DNA from: Trichosphaerium sp. ATCC 40318
Taxonomy: Eukaryota > Protista > Tubulinea
Assembly: GCA_038496445.1 (NCBI GenBank)
Contig: JALMLS010000207.1
Location: 54,490 to 118,489, forward strand
DNA length: 64,000 nt
Direction of reading: 5' to 3'
Made by a program: the position numbers and the translations under genes. This document shows, one piece after another, positions 11,991 through 25,397 of this stretch. Position 1 is the first letter of the stretch. The number at the start of each line of letters is the position of its first letter. The notes beneath the pieces were generated by a model. That model was not told where the DNA came from, ran no database searches, and saw nothing but the letters and a program-made list of their open reading frames with translations.

Positions 11991-14900
11991 TCACATCAAA
12001 TGACCACAAAGGACATCAAATGTCTCAGAACCTGAGCAAATAGCGCTAAAATCTTTTACGAGAGAATAAAATCGACGTTCTGCAGAAACTCTAAAAACCA
12101 AATTAGTACGTATTGTTTCTACAAGACAAATTTTTTACCTATACAGTGCAGCAGATAACATTTCTCTGTGTTGAGCACCTCCACTCCTTGATGTAGTACC
12201 ACTCCAAGAAGAATCAAGGAAACCAGTTTCATTCAACAAGCTGTTAATGACACTCTGATGCAAGCCATACCGATGTACTATAAACAAATGTGAATTTGTT
12301 TTTAAGGAATTTCAAAAAGACAAAAAGACAAAATAGCCACAACGTACTAAGACCATATAATAAATTAGATAGCTTAGGTCTTGCTCTAAAGCTATCTTGA
12401 CGAGCCAAGGACTATTAAATCGTAAGTATATAAACAACAAGGCCTCCATTAAAATATTTCCTTCACAGTTAACCACTTACCAATAAAATAGCTCTTGTCA
12501 ATCGTGCTGCATTGTCTCCACTCAAGACTTCCTTAACAAATGCTACCCAAGCACCACTAGTTGAATGCTTTCCAAAAAGCAGTGTGTTGAGGCAAAGAGA
12601 TATGCCGGTCAAGACATCCGGATCTAAAGAAAAACTAAGCAAAAAGCACCAATGTTTTGGAGTACAATCGTATAAAGAAAGCGCAGATGATCCTAGTGCC
12701 ACCGCTGTTGAGGCTATAAACCGTGTATTCTGCTGCACAAAGAATAAAGGATCTATCTTTGTTGTGTTTAATAAGAATTCAAAAAATCCAGCCACTAACG
12801 GCACATTGTGTTCAAGGTTACCTCGAAAAAAAAATTACTAAAAACAGACAAAATGTACTAAGTTTTAATGTATGTAGCTCGTATAGATAGAGGAAGGTAT
12901 TGTATACGTACTTTGTTGTAGAAAAGCAACTGTTTTGTTGGTAATTTGGATCAGTAAACTTGACAACTCGGTCCGAGCAGTTTCAGCTCTTCCAAAAAAT
13001 TCTAAGAAGATGTTATCACTAAAAGTAGTCGAGTTGAAACATACGCATAAGCAAGGATATTACTTGCAAACACACTGGTAGTGGGTTTACATCATAACAA
13101 GCTAATAATCTAGGAATAAGACCAAATGCAAGAGGAGTACTTTGTTGCTTCATCTGTCCAATAGCGACTGAATAAACTTCATAAAGTTTTTCAATTACCA
13201 AACCATCTTTTTTAGAAACATACGAATTTTGAACGCGTTGAAGCAGTGCCCAGAGTTTCTTAATGTTTATCAGTACGTGTAAAAAGGAGAGAATACATGA
13301 AGAGAAAGTAGCTGACCTGAAGTATTACTAACAAGGCATGTGGTTTCGCTTTAATGAATGTTGAGTGTAGAACACGAAGTTCTCTGAGTACTATAAACTG
13401 CATTTGTTCTGAAACACCTTGGTCAATAGCACGTGTCAAATTTGTATTTATAGGAGCTATAATATGTTCCATAACACTCAACATTTGTGACTGTTCCATC
13501 TGAGATGTTAACACTACTATACCCTCGGATATATCCATTCTATCGTCTACCTACAAATAGTGTAAGAAATCAACAAAAAAAACTGCAGCAAGCTCAGTAC
13601 TTTGAGAATATCGTTCGCTTTTGTGAATGTTGACACTATTTTCTCGACAAGCCCTGTAGGCACTAAAAGAGGTCCACAACGTAAACATAAATCGTGTAAA
13701 GCGTGTGCTAAATTAGTTTAACTAGATACGCAACAAACCTCAGTGTGTACCTGCTGCTGTATTCACAGCAGGGTGTCTCCCAAATGAGGCCAGAATGAAT
13801 TCAATGATTGGTGTTATTAGCTTGTCTCCATTGCTACTATGAGCCAACCACTTTCCACTATTACCTGCACAAGCTATTGTTAGCGCATTGAAAATTGATT
13901 GGTAATTACCGATTAATTTTAGTGAAGCTTGTCTTAGTAAAGGATGCGCTGGATATTGTAATACTTTTACAACTAATGGTTCGAGCATATGACTATGTTC
14001 TTTTGTGACATATCCTGAGCACAACATTAAAAAAAAAAAGTAGGAACAGGAAGGTAAGCGATTGAAACAAAAAAACAATAAAAAATATGAGAATATAAAA
14101 AACTCTACCTGTTGTGGAAGCTAATGTGAACACTGTGGCTTCAAGTTCATACCAAGTCTTAAAAGAATCAAGAGCATTTACCAATGGTAAAATAAAGTTA
14201 GGCACATGCATAAAAAGCATGATTGCTCTGAGCGCTTTAGGCAGTTCACTCCTAAACTCTTCAAATGATAGTTGTAATTCTTCATCTTTTTTTGAATCAT
14301 CAGTAAGACTGTTGCCAATAGTTAGTGTGTATACGTACCTTGCCACTTTGTAAAATCCGGTGGATACGAACATTGGACAATAATAGCTTGTAGAACCTGA
14401 TTAAAAAGAGGTAAAAGCTGCAATAGACCATTAGCTCTTCAAAAAAAAAGCAATTGCACTTCTTACACGTTGTCTAGCATCCTGATCATTCTCGCTCATA
14501 TGTGATTCAAGAATTCGCCAAACAGGAAGACATAATGATATAATCTAAGTGATTTAGGTGGTTTCCGAGTGAGAACTCTTTGATGTACCCTTTTGTCTTC
14601 ATTACGCATCAGCGTCAACAAAAAGACTAACAGCTGTTGAATCTCTGTGGCTAATTCAGATGTTATCCCACCAATAATAAGAGCGGTATCTGCTTCGGCA
14701 ACACCAGTAATAAGTAATGCAATTGAGTAGCAGTAACCTTGATTTCGAGCTAACAAATAAAAAGTCAAAAAAAAAGAAGCGTGTTTACGGAACGCATACC
14801 AGCTACTGCTTGACTATAACTGCCTTGTAGTTCCGAGAGTTTTTGAAGAATTCCTCGGACCGCATCTACATTATCAAGCCCAAAACCAAGGGTACGTTGA

Positions 14901-16151
14901 TGAAGAGATTTGGCAGACTTTAATACAAGTTAGCATAAAAAAGGGTAGCAAAAAACGTGCCATAAAATTCTGACCACTTGTGCGTCTTGTCAAAGCGTCC
15001 AGTAGCACCTCACATGCAGGACTGTATAGATCAGGTAATAGAGCGCAAGAAAATACAGTGTATAGGATATTTGATTGTAATAGTGTCCTACAAAATAGTC
15101 AAAAAAGGCATTACAGTGATGTGTACGTTAAAGGAATCGAAAAATCAAAAGTCGGACAAATCCAGTTCTTGAGGCACTCTAAGGCAGCTGACTTTGTAGT
15201 TATAGCATCGAGTGTATTTTGTTGTTGTAAAACTGCGAGTATAAGGCGTAATAATTGGTCTACATTGGCCATGAGCATCTTTTTTATTGTAGATCTAAAA
15301 ATTCAATTATTTCCAGAAACAAAGTAGTAAAATACCTCCTATCGTATCCCATTTGAGCTGAATCAAGCTCTACAGGCATCATACCAAATATCTCAAGCAC
15401 AAGCGTCCTTATGGGTGTAAATTAAGAGCTACAAAGAGTAAGAAGTTAAAAAGACGTTATAACTGATAAAAAAAAGTAACATACCATAGTTTCTAGCGTG
15501 CTGCTGCTAGCAGCACCGCATACCTTGTTGCGTCTGGAGACGTTGCTGTGCATAGCGACAGCAAGCGCTGGGGAAACTCCACACTTGCAGTTCTAACGCC
15601 TAAATGAAGGGTGAGGATTTTTTTGATTTGACTGATGTTACCGGCTGAAGCCGTCGCCATCGCCAAGCGGTTGCGTATTAATGGCGTGTGGCTTTGTTTC
15701 ATGCATAGGTCTAACATTTGAGCTGTCATGTTTTGTTGGTCTTGAAATGATAATTTAGTTCTACAACGCGTTAATATTATGAACAAAGGCTAGTTACGCA
15801 CAAATCAGACCGTATTTTGGAGCATAGTATTTGTGCGGCGCAAAAGCGCACAGGAAGAGCCTGTAACGATTATAAGTATTGGTAGCAATGGGATACAACC
15901 ATACCTGCTCGTTCAAAAGTTGCACTCCAATTGCCCAAGCGTTATTTGTTTGTATAAATGCGCGTAAGTACTCATTAGCTTCTTTAATTTGTGCGTGGTT
16001 CGATGTTTGGGAAGTAGTTACTATTATGGCCTATCGTACATAAATTCTCGACCATCGTTCTCAGTTGGTACCTGTTTAACAGTTGCTAGCATCGGTAGTT
16101 GTTACGTATCAATTTGTACTTTATTTGACAGTTTCCATTTTCACTGGCCAT
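11991..16151 (-). CDS. Importin-beta family karyopherin (importin-13 / transportin-3-like), multi-exon
   Basis: IBN_N-like KEANEYLRAFIQTNNAWAIGVQLL and VRFCAAQILCSKIR; HEAT-like helical exons (TWYELEATVFTLAS, LLRQASLKLIG); C-terminal RRFYSLVKDFSAICSG. The start codon is approximate. Confidence 0.85.
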
Positions 16152-16192
16152 GGTTGTACACGTCACTACTACGCAAGGGTGTTCCATATAAC

Positions 16193-19100
16193 ATGGAAAC
16201 AAAAGAAACAAAAGAAAAGCCTGTTAAAGTGGTACGATTGGTATAAAAACACTGTGTTAACTTTTTGAAGGTCGTAGTAGGTGCAGAGCGCGTGGGCAAG
16301 TCACAACTGGTTTCTACATTTATTAACGGCGAATACTGGGATGATGAAGATTTCGATAGCTTTGGTGATGGTACGCTAACTGATTAAAGCTCTAGACCAT
16401 TTGTAGAACCCCAAAAATTGTTTTTATTTACTACAAATTATAGAAGCGATGTGGGGCTTTCCACCACCTGCAGAGGAGGACGAAGAAGACATACCGTTCG
16501 TAGTTGATGGAAAAGACGCTGAATTAAGTATACTCGATACAAAAGGCACTACCAAATTTAAAGCAGTGCGTAATCGCTTCCAGTAGTGGCAAACAAATTA
16601 CTGACGTATTTATTTAAAGTGGTTTTCTTGGGCTGACATAATTGTCGCTGTTTACAGCGTTAACGACAAGTCATCCATTGATTTTATTCGTAACGTAACA
16701 AAGGCTTTGTCTATTCACAAAACATACTACAGAGATTGCGTACCTCTCATCATTGTTGGCGCGAAAGGCACTTTTATTTTCTCTATTAATTTTTAGATTG
16801 TTTATTTGTTACGTACTTACTGACACCTTAAAAATAGCTGATCTACAACAAACAGTACAAAAGAAATATGCGCTAAGAGTTGCTCAGAAAATCAATTGCG
16901 ATCACGTGTTCTGTAGCTCACTAAAAATGCAAAACGTTACCCAAGTTTTTGAACAATGTATAAAATTAGCGCGTGTTATGCGGGCGCCGTCATCACTAAG
17001 AGTACCTAAATCAAGACACTCAACAAGATCTGTATGGAGCCTGATGTACTTTATCAGTACTAATACATTGCCTAGTTCTCTAGCGAATCCTCCCATTCAA
17101 GGGATACAAAAGATGTACTTCGAACACCTCGTACACCACGAACAGCACGTTCTACTAGCTCTCAAGCCATGATAGTGGATGAAGCTTCCTCTACTGTAAG
17201 TGGCTTGTTGGTACGAAAGTATATACCTTATTTTTTTGTATAGGAAACTACAGCTAGTAGGTCATATCAGAGCACAGTGAGTGAAGTTATGTTGTTTTTA
17301 TCTAAATCGCCAATTAGAAAACCAGCTCTCCGAGTCAAAGTATAATTCATTGGCATAAACTAAATAAGGAAGCAGAAGCCACAATTAATACGTTTGCGCG
17401 TACTGCAGCATCAAATCCCTATGGAATACGCGAACTGAGGTACTAGCTTAAGCTCTTTACCATCTCATTTAACACAATCTAGAATAACAGATTCAGCATT
17501 ACCTTTAGCTTCATCTACCAAATTATCGTCAATTCTTCCAACACTAGCCAACTTGGGTACTGTTATGATATTCAGTGCGAAGATTGGTGATACAGATGAT
17601 CAATGTGAAGCATTTTACAAGGTGCGAGTTTGAAAGACAAAGGTTTGTGCTAACAGTTGACTAAGGCACTTGGAGTACTTCCAGCACTTCAGCACTTAAC
17701 ATTAGTCAATATCGGAATGAACGATCAAGGAGCTATGTACCTTGCCGAACATGTTTTAAGATGCTCAAACAGTCTAACATGTCTTGATATTGGATCTGTA
17801 AGTGGCAAACAGCGCTTCGAAAAGAATAATATTGGTGATGAAGGTACTACAATGTTGTTAATATTCTCCAAGCTGTTCCTTTGTTTATATCCTTTTTGAC
17901 TCCTTTCCAGGATGCTCAGCTATATTTACTGCATTGTACGGTGCTCAACCATCGCATGTTAGTCTTCGGCGTATAGCAAGGAAAACAAACTCCATACTAT
18001 CAACACTGCGTATGGCAGAAAGTATAGATGGTGCTAGTATTACTTTGGAGAAGGGCTTTGATGCATTGCTGAGTATGCTTGATACAAACGCTACTCTAAA
18101 AGTACTGGATATCAGAAAAATGAATGCTTTCAAACGAGATAAGAAAAAGAGGCACCCAGTAAGGTACAACGTTACTTCTGCGAGAAAAATATCTCCTGTG
18201 CCTTGTTTCTTGTTCTAATGTTTGGTAGGGAGATAATGTTTTCTCTTCGCGATAAGAATACCACATTGACTAACCTACATATGGGAAACGTGATGACGTC
18301 ATCAGATCGCAAAGTAATCACTATCGGCGTAGTAAGTAATTACTTTGCAATCAACTAAATTCTTACAGTAACTTAACACGGAATATAGGAACATACTTTC
18401 GATAATGGTGCATTACAGCTTGCTAGCATGCTACTTCAAAATACAACCTTGGAAATTCTAAATGTTGAAAACAATCAGCTTGGTTTTAATGCTGATAAAA
18501 AGCATGTTGAAGAGATTGGCAAGGCGTTAAAGTTGAATACTACAGTGACATATCTTAATCTATCATGTAACCAACTTGATGATACTGCTGGCACGTGTTG
18601 GATTATGTTCTGTATACTAGCATTCCACACTAACATTGCTTAAGGTATTGCGTTGTTCGATGGATTATCGGAGAATACCACTCTTAAAGAGCTTCACATT
18701 GCCGATAATTTGCTTACCGATAAAGTTGGAAAGTCGTTACAAAGATGTTTTAGTCAGAACTCTACTTTACAAGTACTCAACTTGAACTACAATCAAAATC
18801 TTGGCAAGGTGTGCTTTCATTATTTGTAAGGTTCGCTTATTATGTTGAAAAAGGGTATTGGATTCTTATGTGATGGTCTTCGAGACAATAAAGGATTGCA
18901 AAGACTGTCTATTGACTTCACAGGCATCAAGACAAAAAGTACTTTAGAGTCTATTGTAGGCATGCTACAACATAATGCAGCACTTGAAGAGTTGTTTATG
19001 GGTATCAATGACAACATTCAAGGCACGTCAAAAATTGTTTATTGCATCAACTTCTTACTGACTGTTGTGTTGCTGTAGATGATGATGTCGGTGTCATTTG

Positions 19101-22100
19101 TGAGGCGTTGAGATATAACTGTACTCTATCAAAGCTTAAGTTGAGTAGGAGTAAGAATATAACTTCGAAGGTTCGCTTAGTAGTACACTTCGAAAGTACC
19201 TAATTCTGATGTTAAGGCGCTTTATCACTTTTCTTATTTATTCCAATACAACATCTCACTGAAGTATATTTATCTTCAAAAGACTCAAATAACTGTCAAC
19301 ATTGATGATGAAGCTGTTGAAGAGTTTCTTGAAGCATGTCGTAGACATACGCCTATAGAGGCTGTTTATATTGGCACGTGTTTAGGAGCCTTCTTTTCAG
19401 AAGTAAAAACGAGCTTAACATTTTTAGGTAAAGAAGAGCGTTCGACTGCATATGCACGTGAGATGTCAATGACAAAAGAAGGGAATTCTCCTATAGAAGA
19501 AAGGATTAGAAAGTATTCTGAGATTGTTAATAGCAAAATATATCCAAGAACAAAGCTAGGACCTTCTTTAGAATCACAAGCTTTATCAAAACTAGAGTCT
19601 TATGATTTAGATCTTAGTTATCTTCCCCTAACAACCTTACCAGAAAAACTACAGTACGTCTTTGTTCTATTTATTCTGCTTCTCTTATCCTTATTCTTAG
19701 GATGTTATCTGAGTTGTTACAAGCTACAGAGTTGAATATCTTTGGATGCGGATTGACTATCCTTCCTGAATGGTTTGGTGGCGTATTTCCAAATTTAAGA
19801 TATTTAAATCTATCCAACAACGATATGTCTAATGAAACTGTTCGTACCTTGAAGCCATTATGTAATCTACGACAATTAGAGTATTTGAACATCTCGTACG
19901 AGATTAGTAGTAATGATCCCTTTGAACTAACAATTTTTTTTCTAGTCGTTGTAACTTGGTTACTATCCCTCATGATGTCAGCAAGCTTCAAAAACTTAAA
20001 GTGTTGAACGCTTGTTACAATCGGTTAACAAATTTCTACGTGGTTAAGGATTGCTTGGCACTAACAGATCTTCTTCTGCGAGGAAACTTATTCAATCACC
20101 TTCCAAAGCAGCTTACAGAGATGGAAAATCTTAAAGTTCTGGATGTAATGGACAACACCTTGGAGTACGCATATATCATGACTGTGGCTGCTACTAATAT
20201 CTCCTTAGTGGCCTTTGGTTTGCAGCTATAATACAAGGTGTTGAACCACCGCCTAAGCAACAGAGTGACGAATGGAAGTACTTTACTCGTGGCAATAAAT
20301 GTATGAAGAATTTGCTTGCTTTACTATCAGAGTATGGTAATGAAGCTGAACAAGAAGAGTACAACCGTGTTAAACTCATGTTCGTCGGAGATGGAGGTGT
20401 TGGTAAGCTCAAATTTTATCACGTGATATTCCACGTGATAGGATTTGTCGCAAGTACCTACTGTAATTTTTTTTGTAGGAAAGACAAGCTTAAAACGTTA
20501 TCTCATTGACGATAAACCTTATCACACAAAGAAGAGTATTGCTACAGATGGTATTGAAATTGAAGAAATGAGATTTAAGGATAAGACAAAAGCCAAGATA
20601 TCGTTTGATTGCTGGGATTTTGCTGGACAAGAGATATACTATGCGACACATTCTATTTATTTATCAGAGAATGCTCTTTATCTTGTTTGTTTCAAACTTG
20701 TTGATACAAACTTAAACGTTTTGGAATACTGGTTACGTAGTATAAGATTACGCGCTTTCTATGCTCCTATTGTTATTGTCGGTACACATGTAGATGAAGC
20801 AGAGAAGAAGGGAACAAAATATGTGAGTGATACGCTGAAGAAAGTCAAGAAAAGATGCAAGAAGTTTAGAATACATAATGTTATTTTTTCTATCAATAAT
20901 ATAAAGAAAGGCAAAGATATTGCCAAGTTGAAGAACTCTTTATGTCAGATATCTAGAACTAGGAAGCTTATTGGGTTTAAGATACCTAAGAGTTATGGTA
21001 AACTCATCGATTATGTTGTTAGGCTAAGAAAGAGGTACGCAATGAATTTTATGTATTTTATTGGTATTTTTTTTATTCATCATTTTTACTAGTGGAAGTC
21101 GACCGTTTATGGATCAATCAGAGTTCCTTGGCAACTGTGAAAGTTTTGGAATATCACAACAGCATCTTGCGTTAAAGACACTCCATAACGTAGGACATGT
21201 TATGCATTTCGCAGAGGACAAACAGATTAACGATTTGGTTATTGTTGATCCTCAATTTTTGGTTAATCTCATGGCTGAAGTTGTCAGTGTAAAACAGAAT
21301 TATGTCAAAGCAGGCAAAATATCTGGTGAGGATATAGTACGCGTATTTAGGCGTAAGAATTTCCAATTCAAGGAGTCATTCAATGTACTACTTCAAAAGT
21401 TTGAAGTGATTTATAAGCTTCCTGCACAAAAAGAAGGAGAGGCACGAATATTTTTTTTTCAGATACGATTCTTTGTTACTGACAAGTCTCATAGCAAGAT
21501 GTAATTTTGGTACCGTGTATGTACCCAGCACAACCGAACAAGGCTTTTCTGAAAGGGAAACATGATATTCTAAACTCAAATAAGCAAAGCACGTTTAAGC
21601 GCATCTATGAGTTTGACTTTTTGCCTTTCGGGTTTTTTTCGAGGCTTTTATGTCGTATTTTGGCATTACAACATGTTGAATACGAGCACCCTTGGAAGTA
21701 CGGATGTATAGTATCACGGTACGTTCGAAATCCATCCACCCTAAATGTGAGCTTAAATTCTATGTAGAGGTGATCAAAAAGCTGTAATGGAATATGACAC
21801 AGACGCAAGAAGACTTGACTTAGTTTTAATATCAGACACTTCCCAGTCATACTTGTTTTCGCAGTTGATACAATCTATAGACTCTCTTATTACTGTATTC
21901 TATCCTGGTAAGAGTGACATGGTTAAGATAACAGTACCAATAGTACAAACTGAGTTGAAGAGGCTTGAAAACCTACAAAACTATCAATCGGCAGAAATAG
22001 AGGCTGTTACAAAAACTTATGATGAACTGGTTTCTGTATTCATGTCAGGGAATCCTATTGTGTATGTAAACGAAATACCAGTTCCTCTTGAAGAGATTGC

Positions 22101-24757
22101 ACCGGATATAGCTCTAAGTCATCTTCCAATAATCGAAGATTTGACTACAGGCAAAAAAATTGGAGAAGGCGGGTTTGGTGTTGTTTACAAGGTAAGAACG
22201 CTTTCGTTGTATGTGTTTATCATGGTTCTTAACAATCTCTAGGGTACCATGGGGAAAGATGTCATTGCAATTAAAGAACTTAAGCTACGCCAAAATGACA
22301 AGGACGAAGATGATGCTGAAGGAAAGGAGCACATAGAAAAGTTTAGAGAATTCCATCATGAGGTAGCACCCCGCTTTAATCACGTTGCTTGTGATCATCT
22401 AACATGTTATTTAGGTATATCTCATGAGTGAAATGAATCATCCAAATCTTGTGAAGTTATACGGCATTGCCTTGAGTCCATTAAGAATGATTCTTGAATA
22501 TGTTCCTAAAGATGCTCTTTCTTCTGCACTTCACAACAAAGAACTTGAAATGACATGGACGTTACGACTACGTATTGCACTTGATGTCGCAAAGGCAATG
22601 TGGTACTTATCTAGTATACAGCCACCAGTACTGCATCGTGATTTAAGGTCTCCAAACGTTTTTGTACGTATTTCTTTCTGTGCTGCAAGTATTTTAATTT
22701 TCTGCAATAGATGCAATCCCTTGATCACAACGATCCTGTTGTCGCCAAGGTAGGTGATTTTGGACTTGCTCAACATGCTAGTCCTACTTTGAATGAGTTA
22801 CTACCAACGTGGCAGGTAAGAAAATGAAACATTACAACATGTGCTTATTTGTTTAGTGGTTGGCACCTGAGGTTGTCGATCCTGAAGCAAGTTCTTATGA
22901 TGTAAAGAGTGATACATACTCGTATGCCATTGTAATGTGGGAAGTGTGTTCAAGAGAATTACCATTCTCAGAGTATGATGGAGATAGATATGTTCAGCGT
23001 ACAACACAAACTCTAACAATGGCCCAACTGGCGTACGTTAAATTTACGTTTTGGATTGATTCTTATTAATTCTATCAGAGATACCACCTTGATGGATCAG
23101 TTACTTCACACTGGTTGTCAGCTTCAAGATGATGGTAAAACTGTCATACGCGAAGAGTTTAAAAAACGTGAAATGATAGACGACATTATCTACAAAGACC
23201 TGCGCCCTACTGTCCCTTCAGGCACGTGATAATGTTTATTTCAGAAGCTTGAATATTTTGAGACAGCAAATTTGTTCTTAAGTTGTTAATAGATGCACCT
23301 AATTGGTTTGGAAAACTCATCGAAAGATGCTGGGTTCGTGACCCAAGAGCTCGCCCTGAATTTGACATAATTGTCAAAGAACTAAGTCAACACGTTGGAG
23401 AGACTATAGTACCTCTTGAGCTCCCTGATGCTCTAGTTGTTCAGCAAATAGAATCTTCAAAACCAGTTAACACAACACGTTTAAGTGCACCAAAAGGATT
23501 GTACGCTTGTCCTTTTGTTGAATTATCTTACAGCTCATTAGCCTCCATTTTGGTGATACGTTTGTCGTATCTGCGTGCGTTGTTGAGAATTTTATTTGGG
23601 CTGGTTGCAACAATGGGAGCATAGTAATTATTGATCCAAACGCAAGTGCAGCTTTTATGTGCTTAGAATACACCTTTAATATTATGTACAGGATATGACT
23701 ATTACCAAGAGTACATCTGTTACTGTTAAAGTAAAAGGTAAACGCGTTAATCAAATAGCATACTATGGTGATAAAGTATGGATTGCTTCAGAAACGTCCT
23801 TGACATTATGGCATCCAAAAAAAGTATGTTATCAACAAATTGCTTCTATTTGTGTACTAACGTTTTTGAAAGCAAACTGAGATTAAGACTGTAGATACTG
23901 GACTTGTTCTTTCTATGGCTTGTGTAGGAGATATTGTATTATATGGAAACAGCCGTGGTTTTGTACATTTTGCTACGGTAAACCTTGTGGATGCCTCTTA
24001 TTTCTAGTAATTCTAACAATTTTAAAGGCTGCAGATGGTCATGTATTACCTGAAGCTATTATGATAGGTAATGCAGTTTTATGTTTATGCGTTGTCCCTA
24101 TAGACAACAAGAACTACTTATGGGTTGGTAAATATGGCGGACTTGATGTGTATGACTTAGAAACAAATGTTTTGGTTCATAGCATATCTGTACGAGTTTT
24201 TTTTTTCTTTCGTCGATGAAAAATTCTGTTAATCTTTTTATAGGAGGGTCTCAGCGGGATGCTCGTTAGTCTGCTTGTAGCCAATAATTGTGTATGGTGT
24301 GCTGACCACAAAGGAATCTCCATTTTTGATATACAGGCACGTGACTTATCATCTTCATTGAAATTAACGCTTCACATAGACATTTAAGCTATTGCGCCAG
24401 CTTAGAGCTCATCCAAGCCACATTACAGGTTTGTACTTACTTGACATAAGTAGCTTTATTTTCTAAGTATATTTTATAGCTATGGCTGTAGTTGAGGGAG
24501 TCAAAGGCAGGCTCAATGTTTGGTCAAGTAGTTTTGATAATCTTATCCTCGTGTGGGATGTCGAGGTGCGTTGAAGTTTGTTTAATAGTGCAATATTGAT
24601 ATGTGTTTAATAGACTAGAAAATGCCTTCAGGCACATCGAGATATCCACAAGGATTATATTAGAACTATCCTAGATTGTGGTGAAACAATAGTACTCACA
24701 GGTTCTCGAGATCGTTCTGTAGTATTTTGGACATACAATCCACGTACGTTGATTTAA
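16193..24757 (+). CDS. Roco kinase: N-terminal small GTPase - RI-type LRRs - LRRs - Roc - COR - TKL kinase - WD40; ~38 introns
   Basis: N-terminal GTPase: VVVGAERVGKS, ILDTKG, IIVGAKAD, FCSS. LRRs include LEILNVENNQLG and LRYLNLSNN. Roc: KLMFVGDGGVGKTSL, WDFAGQEIYYATH, VGTHVD. COR: DLVIVDPQFLVNLM, FLPFGFFSRL. Kinase: IGEGGFGVVYKG, IAIKEL, HRDLRSPN, DFG, WLAPE. WD40: VWSSSFDNLILVWD, LTGSRDRSVVFW. Confidence 0.93.
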
Positions 24758-25397
24758 AGTCGTCGATTCAACTGTATGATTGTGCATATGTGGATCACGT
24801 GATAATTATTCTAAGTTAGCTAACTTTTTGTCAACACAGAGGAACAGCTCAATCAAGAAGTTATAAAAGATCGTTCAGCTAAGAACGAACGTGATGTTGC
24901 TCAGTATCGTTTTTCTGATAATCTACGATTACAGCGTAAGCTTGGTTCTTCAAGACTCGGTGGATTAGTTCATGATAGTAATAATAACAGTGGAGGAACG
25001 ACAACAAAGAAAGAGAATAGTAAAGAGAAGAAGAAGGATAAAAAAAAGAAAAAAAAGAAAAGTTCAGGTAAAATAAAGTCAAAGAAATAAGGACTTTGCA
25101 AAAAAGGATGTAACTTCCCATATTTATTAAAGATGCACCCGATAACAATAAAAAAGGGTCATATCTTGTTATGCAACTAAGATCCTCGTATGTCCGACCA
25201 CTCAAATCTAAAAAAATGCCACGTGACATTATTTTTGTTTATCAAAATTTATTCGTTTTGTGCCACTGTAGGGAAGTGGTCTTGACCGCCTTTTTGGTGT
25301 AGCTGTAAGCTAGACTTCCTTATACCACTTGACATGGAGCCTAAAACTAAGTCTTTGGAAGTCAGTGGCTGAGGTTGTCATAAAGTTCTCAACACCA

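Noticed and set aside
24879-25229. 116-aa hydrophobic ORF
   Set aside because: It derives from an A-rich low-complexity intergenic tract and has no motifs.
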